Below, in pieces: positions 56,701 through 64,000 of a stretch of 64,000 bases of DNA. Each line of letters starts with the position of its first letter. Positions within the stretch are counted from its first letter, which is position 1. Origin of the DNA: the human T2T-CHM13v2.0 reference genome, Homo sapiens. The translations under genes and the position numbers were made by a program. The DNA lies in the NCBI RefSeq assembly GCF_009914755.1, contig NC_060945.1. One strand, given 5' to 3'. The notes beneath the pieces are model-generated. The model was not told the origin of the DNA. It was given only the letters and a program-made list of their open reading frames with translations, and did not search any database.

Positions 56701-58863
56701 TCAGTCCTGGTACTCAGCCAGTGTCCCTCCTTCCATCTTTTGCACATTTCTTTTTACAATCTCAGCCCACAAAAAATACTTTGTATAGCACTATATCACT
56801 TTGTTCCTCACTGGAAAGATTTCTTACATATCAGAATTTCATTTTAAAGGACTTCCAGGTTCACTGAAGCCATATTCCCTTTTACAGTCTCTGACTTCTG
56901 ATCATATTCATCTTTTTTTCCTAAATTCTTTGCAACCCAATATCCATTTCGCCTTCTAATCTTTAGCATCATGGTCATTTGCTCCTAAGGTCATTACAAT
57001 CTAATAATTAATTTGGCATATAAAGAAAATGTAATATGACGTAATGAAAATGTTCATTTCCATGGCCCAGTAAAATGCACTTCTGTCAGAATGAAATAAA
57101 CCAAAGGATGGGAGGACTTCTTATAATAAAAAAAAGTTTACAGTATTATTCATATTAGTCAATAACAAAAAGCATTAAAATTCTGTGATCAACATAAAAT
57201 CAAGGTATAAAATTACCTTCAAGATATAACTAAACATATACATAGATATTAATTTAAAACAATCAAAATCAACACCAAAATATGGTAAGTTCTATGTCTT
57301 GAAACCATAGTTTTCTTCTTGCCTTTTTCTGTATTTTGCCCTCTTCTTTAATAAGCATAATTTTTTTCTTCTTATAAAGTTTTATAAGAAAGTGAGAGCT
57401 AAGTCCAGGGTGGCAACCTTCATCTTTTCTATACTCTGATAGATTAAATTACCTGCCAAGTAGTCTCAGAACATTCTCATGCTCTGCTTGTAATGTTATG
57501 TAAAAACAAAATTGTGTTGCAGTTGAAAACTACATATCCTCTACAGCAGACCTTCCTGGGCTATCAGATCCTGACTGTACACTGTCTTTGAGAGCCTGTG
57601 CGATTCTTTGTAAAGTGTAGGTAACAGACAGATGTGTAAATTCTGTCCAGTCTGATACTGGCCTAGCTGATTTCCTCCAGCTGTGGAAAAACCAGTTTGT
57701 CTCATTTACAATTCACCTCAACATTTCTTCACTCCATATGTAAACTTCTGTGATTGTGATTTTTCCAATGAACCTTTACAACACCTGCCTGGGTCCTTCA
57801 CATCTTATGAGTAAAATAAATTATGAGAGGTCATAATTTTACCTCTTTCAGAAAATTATCCTTTAACAGCCTGAAAACTTGTTTTGTTTCATTAAGGACA
57901 AAAAAATGAGCCTGGATAATGGCCTTTAGTATCTCTGGAGATAAGGTGCTTTCTCTAGCCTACACTAAACAACCAAACTTTGCCCCACCCACACTGCTTT
58001 TAACCCTGCTGCTAGTCACAGCAAGAGTGTTTTTCCTCTAGGTTCCTTCCCACATTTTCTCTTTTTTAAGGTGGAAAGAAAAACTGAGTCTAATCTCTAG
58101 TTGAATTTGAGCATACAGAGGCATTGACGAATGTTACTATATATCATATCCCTATGATTCCTCTAAGTATTATTGGCATTTTGTAATTGAAAAATAATAA
58201 TTGTATGTATTCAGGGGTACACAGTAATGCTTTGATATATGTACTGTATAACCCATCAGATCAGAGCAATTAACTTATCCATCATCTCAAACATCTACCA
58301 CTCCTCTGTGTTGGCAACATACTTTTATTCAGGTAAGTGCATGTTAATGACTCAGGCACAACTTTTAGCTCACCTTAAGTCTTTCTCAGGTGTATCTGTT
58401 CCTGCCACTGCTCTTCTAAGTAGGTTTTTGGGTAGATTTAACTGATTCAGAGTCATTTGAAATTTTCATTCCTTTGACAACTATTTTTTGGGCACCCACT
58501 ATGTGCCTGGTGTCATTCTAATCTCTGGAGGTAGAGCCTTGGACTTTCATGACATTTCTAGAAACAGCCCAGATTGTGGTAATGGAAGTTCACTTTCACA
58601 CTTAACACAGAATAAAGCCAGAGATCCCCAGGGTGAGGAGCTGAACATCAGGAAAACATTTCCTACAGGAAGAAATAGTCCAGCTGAGGAAGAAAATTCA
58701 CATTGCAGCCTTGGATAAAGCACAGATGTTCCACTAAGAAAAACAACAGCATCCTAACTATTTTACTTACAAGTAACACCTTTTTAAAAAATAAATAAAT
58801 AAATAAAAGCAAACTCAAACTCGGCTTTCCTGACAGATGTCCTGAGAAGATGGGGACCCTCAC

Positions 58864-58982
58864 CTCTTTTTTCTCACCAGTCTGTTCAGCAATCAGCTGG
58901 TCAAACACAGCCCCAAACTCTTCATGGATTTTCTGCATCTCATTGATGTGACTGGCAACCTTGTTCATGGTCTTGATGGCCA
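58864..58982 (-). CDS. TIAM1: TIAM1 coding exon (119 nt; end of DH: VAIKTMNKVASHINEMQK...GEKKE)
   Basis: Acceptor tttcttccag|TG and donor GAG|gtgagg; in frame with the previous exon across an 88-nt intron. Confidence 0.97.
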
Positions 58983-59070
58983 CTGGAAGAAAACAGGTTG
59001 TGAAATGAGAGGCTATTTAGAGACCCTCATGGAGACTCAGGCCTGCCGGGGGTCCCAGGCCGAGGCCTAC

Positions 59071-59250
59071 CGTCCAGGTGGTAGTGCTCCTCGCTCTCCG
59101 CATCGGTCAGGGCGAACAGCTCCCTGAGCAGAAGTGGGTACTTGAGGATCCTCTGGATGGGCTTGATGAGGTACGACTCCAGCGTGGATGAGTGCTGCTG
59201 CTTCGGGTTCTGGGCATCCAAGAATGCCTTGAAAGCCGTGTCTGTCTTGG
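59071..59250 (-). CDS. TIAM1: TIAM1 coding exon (180 nt; DH domain: [17 protein letters not shown]...EEHYHLD)
   Basis: Acceptor ccctgccag|CC and donor G|gtaggc; translation matches the TIAM1 Rac-GEF DH domain; phase 1/1. Confidence 0.97.
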
Positions 59251-60079
59251 CTGGCAGGGTTTAAACACAGGTCATGGGGGTGGAACGCCCACGTGACTCC
59301 CTTCCCACAATTTCCCTCCCTTCCTCAGTGACTCCAAGGTGCCTTTTTGCAGGACTGAGCAGAGAGTGGGTGGCAGGAAGAGGGACAGGTAGGGGAGGGG
59401 GCAGTCAGGGAGACCACAGGCAGTCAGATCTATGTATTTATGTGTTGGGGGTGGGGTGGGGAGAAGCCTGATGAGTTAAAGGATGACGGAGTGTAGACTG
59501 CAGACACCCGGATTTCCAGCGGCTGCTCTTTATCCTCCTCCTATTACACATGTTTTTTTATCCTGATGTTTTGACACCTGGGGCCTTACTGTCCATGGGG
59601 AGACTGCCCCGCCCACGCTGGCCAGTTCCTGGAGATAGTAAAAGACTTGCCAGGAAATGTGCCTTTTATAGAGTCCCCACACACTGCCACCTCCTGTCTG
59701 AGGCTCTTACACCCTGGGCCACCATTCCCCTGTCCTAATCATCTCAGGGTGGGGAGCACACATCTCGGCTTCGAGTGCACCACAGAGCCCGGCCTCCCCA
59801 GTTCCTTCCCTCAGAAACCCCAAGAAAGGCTCTTGGCCACATTTTCCCCTCGCTCCCTCTGCCTCCTGACACTGCATGTCCTCATCTGGCCCGCATGGCA
59901 TGGGGTGCCCCTGCCTCTTGGGAACTGTGAGTGACAAACTAATAATCATCCGTCCCCTGAGCTGTTGGCCCTGTCATCCCAAAATAATGATAAACCTACA
60001 TTCTGAACACTCCTTACCCTGGTTTTCCTAATCTTTCAAGCATTTCACTGCTGGAAAAACCTCTTTTGAAAAAGGCAAG

Positions 60080-60560
<481 letters not shown>

Positions 60561-60989
60561 TCAGGCAGCACTTTCCTCACCAGCCTTGCCTCCTTCCTCA
60601 GTGTCCCAGCTGGTTTGGGAAGCAGCCCTGGGGAGTTGTGGGACCCCAAACAGAGGTACCTGGCAGGGGATGATACGAAGCCGTGGCTAATGTCTTCCAG
60701 GTGCAAAGGAATGTCAGGGGAGGGCAAAATATGGGAAGAGGAGGGGACAGTGTATCCAAGCAACGTAACAGTGGACACACGCTGCCTCTGGGCTGGTGAG
60801 CACCTGGGGGTGATGGGGGCTGTGGCACGTCCAGCGTGGGCACTCTGGACGTTTCCAGTGTGGAAACTCCACACACCCCTCCCCCATACCTCGCCCAGTC
60901 ACCTCTCCATTTGGCTATTCCTGAGCAGCATCCTTTATGATAAACCAGTAAATGAACACAATCAACATTGGAAAAAGCACATTCTTCAC

Positions 60990-61069
60990 ATTCATCTGGA
61001 TGACTTTCCCCCATTGGAAATTCATTTCCAATGAATATTCATCTGGATGACTTTCCCCCACTGGAAATT
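60990..61069. repeat. 33-bp direct duplication with inverted spacer
   Basis: Copies at 60990-61022 and 61037-61069, one mismatch. Confidence 0.93.
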
Positions 61070-61228
61070 TAACATGGCACTCCAGTGACTCGATACTTTT
61101 CATAACAGCACCTGGAATGTCACAGGAACTCAAAAATCTCTTCAATAAATAAATACCCTCTCCCCGCAAAAAACAGTGGGAGTGTATATATAATTTTTAT
61201 ATATATATATACACACACACACACGTAT

Positions 61229-61392
61229 ATTTTATTAGAAAGTTTAAAATATAGAAATTTAAAAGTTTAATGATATATATTTTTTATTAGAAAGCTTAAA
61301 ATACAAAAATTTAAAAGTTTAATGATATTTATAGATTTTATTAGAAAGTTTAAAATATATAAACATTAAACTTTTAAAATGTCTAATAAAAA
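61229..61392. repeat. AT-rich ~53-bp tandem repeat with inverted tail
   Basis: tttattagaaag(t/c)ttaaaata x3. Confidence 0.85.
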
Positions 61393-61474
61393 TGTCTTTC
61401 CATCCCCAGTGGTTAGGGGTATGAGCTAAGACTAAAGATGCTATAAAAGGGCATCAGAACATGATTCTTCTGTC

Positions 61475-61785
<311 letters not shown>

Positions 61786-62289
61786 TAATTTTAAAACACA
61801 GCAATCATGGGGGAAGACCTCATAAGACCACAATCTTGTTATCCCTTTTAAGCCCCATTAAGAGAACAGACTCCCTGGGTTGGCATCATTTCTTGTCTTT
61901 CCAAAGCACAAAATCCTGAAGAGAAAGGACACTGGGAAGAGTGGCCGACTGGCCCCATGTGACAGGAGAGCTGGGCCGGGCTGGGGGCCAGCATATGTGG
62001 AACTGATGGATTTTGTGGGGCATCCCAAGTCTAGGGCCACATCTAGAAGGACCTAGGAACTCTTCCCCAACAAAATATTCTCGTCCAAAAATATGGCTGT
62101 GGGTATTTCACCCATCGACTGAATTCCATATCAGAGCAAAAGACTGCACAGTTCACAGCGCTTGGCGCAGTCCAGGAGCGTCACTCCTCCAGGCCAGCTG
62201 TGAGTCCGCGATGAACATGAACATGCACTTTGTTGTTCTCAGAGTTATCCTGACACTCTGGGCTCATTAGACAATTAGAAAATATGGGT

Positions 62290-62580
62290 CAGCTGGGCAT
62301 GGTGGATCACACCTGTAATCCGAGCACTCCGGGAAGCCAAGGCGGGCAGATCACCTGAGGTCAGGAGTTCAAGACCAGCCTGGCCAACATGGTGAGACCC
62401 CCGTCTCTACTAAAAATACAAAAATTAGCTGGGCATGGTGGCGTGCACCTGTAATCCCAGCTATTCAGGAGGCTGAGGCAGGATAATCACTTGAACCTGG
62501 GAGGCAGAGGTTGCAGTGAGCCGAGATCACACCACTGCGCTCCAGCCTGGGTGACAGAGTGAGACTCCATCTCAGAAAAA

Positions 62581-62612
<32 letters not shown>

Positions 62613-62613
62613 A
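62290..62613 (+). mobile_element. AluS (intronic)
   Basis: TSD aaaatatgggtca. Confidence 0.95.
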
Positions 62614-63528
62614 TATGGGTCATTCCCACTGTTTTAAGGGATAGTTTTGAAAGATAATATAATATTTTTCTTATTGAATTAAGAAAAAATCCATGGGGGC
62701 AGAATTTAATCTAATTGAGTGATTAAAAATAACACAAATTGCTCAAGGGCAGAGATGGGTATATAATTTCACTGTGGAGCAAAGCACTCTAAAATTGTTA
62801 CTTTAACAATCTCGTAACAATTAGCATTCAATAAAGGTTTTAAAAGAAACACACTGCACACACAGAGCCATATGCCCAACACAGCACACGGGAAAGGTCA
62901 GGCAGCATGACAAGGAGAATCCCAGGTCCCCTTTTCATTTGAGGTTCCACCAGAACTCTGTTGCACAGACCACCACTACCGTTAAGACTGTTTTTATCTG
63001 GGGCAGGCTCTTTGTTACCCAGAGATCTGTATTGTGCTAATACTTCCTATAATAGGTTTTAAATTAAGTCAAGCTAGTTCTCTTTGGCAGCAAACATAAA
63101 CACAAGAACATTATTTACATATCCGGGGACCTGATCAGCAGCTGTTTACTTGGCAGCTACAGTGAAGTGTTAAGGAACAGCAAGCTGATTTCCAGAGATT
63201 CTTTAAAATCAAACTTTCTGTTGGTGCAACTGTTTGCCAAGAAAATGTTTCCTTAATCCTTTTACCATCAAAAACCACCATATGCTGAACTATGGCGACA
63301 TAACCACTTTCTGGAGACTCTCAGAATGTTCCACCGTCTTCTCAGAGCACTTAAGGAAAAGCAGCTTGCCCATATAAAAATTCTACTGTGTCCTGCACAA
63401 AAATAACTACAAATGCAGCAGTTTTCAAGGATAACTGAGACAACTTTAGAAGTGCTTTTGGGAGCTGTTATCACACTCCCAGGAACAAAAGTAGGTGAAG
63501 GAAAGATAAAATTCCACAAAAAGGTATA

Positions 63529-63739
63529 CGGTAAGTCCTCACTTAATGTAGTCAGTAAGTTCTTGGAAACTGCAACTTTATGCAAAATGACATACAATGA
63601 AACCAATTTTTTTCCTCATCAACATTATAACAAAATGATGTTGAACAAAATGACATTAGTTGGGAACCTGCTGTACATCGTGTCACTTAAAAGTCACAGT
63701 TTCCAAGAACCTGTCGACAACGTGAAGTGAGGACTTAGT
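63529..63739. mobile_element. MER6B-like Tigger MITE (palindromic arms)
   Basis: cggtaagtcctcacttaa / tgaagtgaggacttag inverted ends; TA flanks. Confidence 0.78.
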
Positions 63740-63913
63740 TATGAAGTGTGGTAGGTTATAATCGAAATTAAAGAAAAACAGAAATAAAGCAGGGAATTTC
63801 TAAACCCCCTACGTTTTTACATAACTGCAAAATGACCCATCAATTCTGGCCCCAAATAGCAAGGTAAAACTTTCATTACAAGAAAATTGACAAAACCATT
63901 AATTCAAGATATT

Positions 63914-64000
63914 GGCCAGGTAATCCTAGCACTGTAGGAGGCCGAGGTGGGCGGATCACCTGAGGTCAGGAATTCAAGACCAGCCTGGCCAACATGGTGA
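63914..64000 (+). mobile_element. Alu, truncated by the window edge
   Basis: Left-arm sequence. Confidence 0.88.

Noticed and set aside
63268-63730. Overlapping 112- and 105-aa ORFs
   Set aside because: Largely a MER6B MITE and flanking intron; no TIAM1 or other protein similarity recognised

Overview
Primate genomic DNA (human or a great ape), recognisably the TIAM1 locus (human chr21q22.11). The right half (36.1-59.3 kb) holds the last eight coding exons of TIAM1 on the minus strand. All have GT-AG boundaries and splice in frame into the final 433 aa (end of DH domain, C-terminal PH domain, tail ending ...RKLNTEI*). A ~1.95 kb 3'UTR follows, with a distal AATAAA at 36177-36182. The left half is intergenic and mostly transposons: about 30 Alus across the window, fragmented L1M, two solo LTR12 (HERV9) elements with intact TSDs, an MLT2A LTR, several THE1/MST MaLR LTRs including a three-tier nest, Tigger2a, MER5, MER58, MER6B and MADE1. 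Nearly all other ORF-track entries are repeat-derived noise. The most interesting unexplained signals lie in the last TIAM1 intron: a candidate 21-nt in-frame microexon encoding RSRSLP (14-3-3 mode I consensus), a candidate 6-nt microexon 89 nt further on, and a CpG-rich read-through alternative C-terminus with a downstream poly(A) signal. All three would rewire the RAV-S-AP motif formed across the last exon junction; these are sequence-based hypotheses, not confirmed exons. Also notable: a 129-bp templated insertion inside a (TA)n tract, an expanded MADE1 hairpin, a dup-inv-dup scar, a CpG-rich CTCF-like element and a DUX4-motif LTR cluster. Repeat subfamily names come from recalled consensus sequences, and boundaries without TSDs are approximate.
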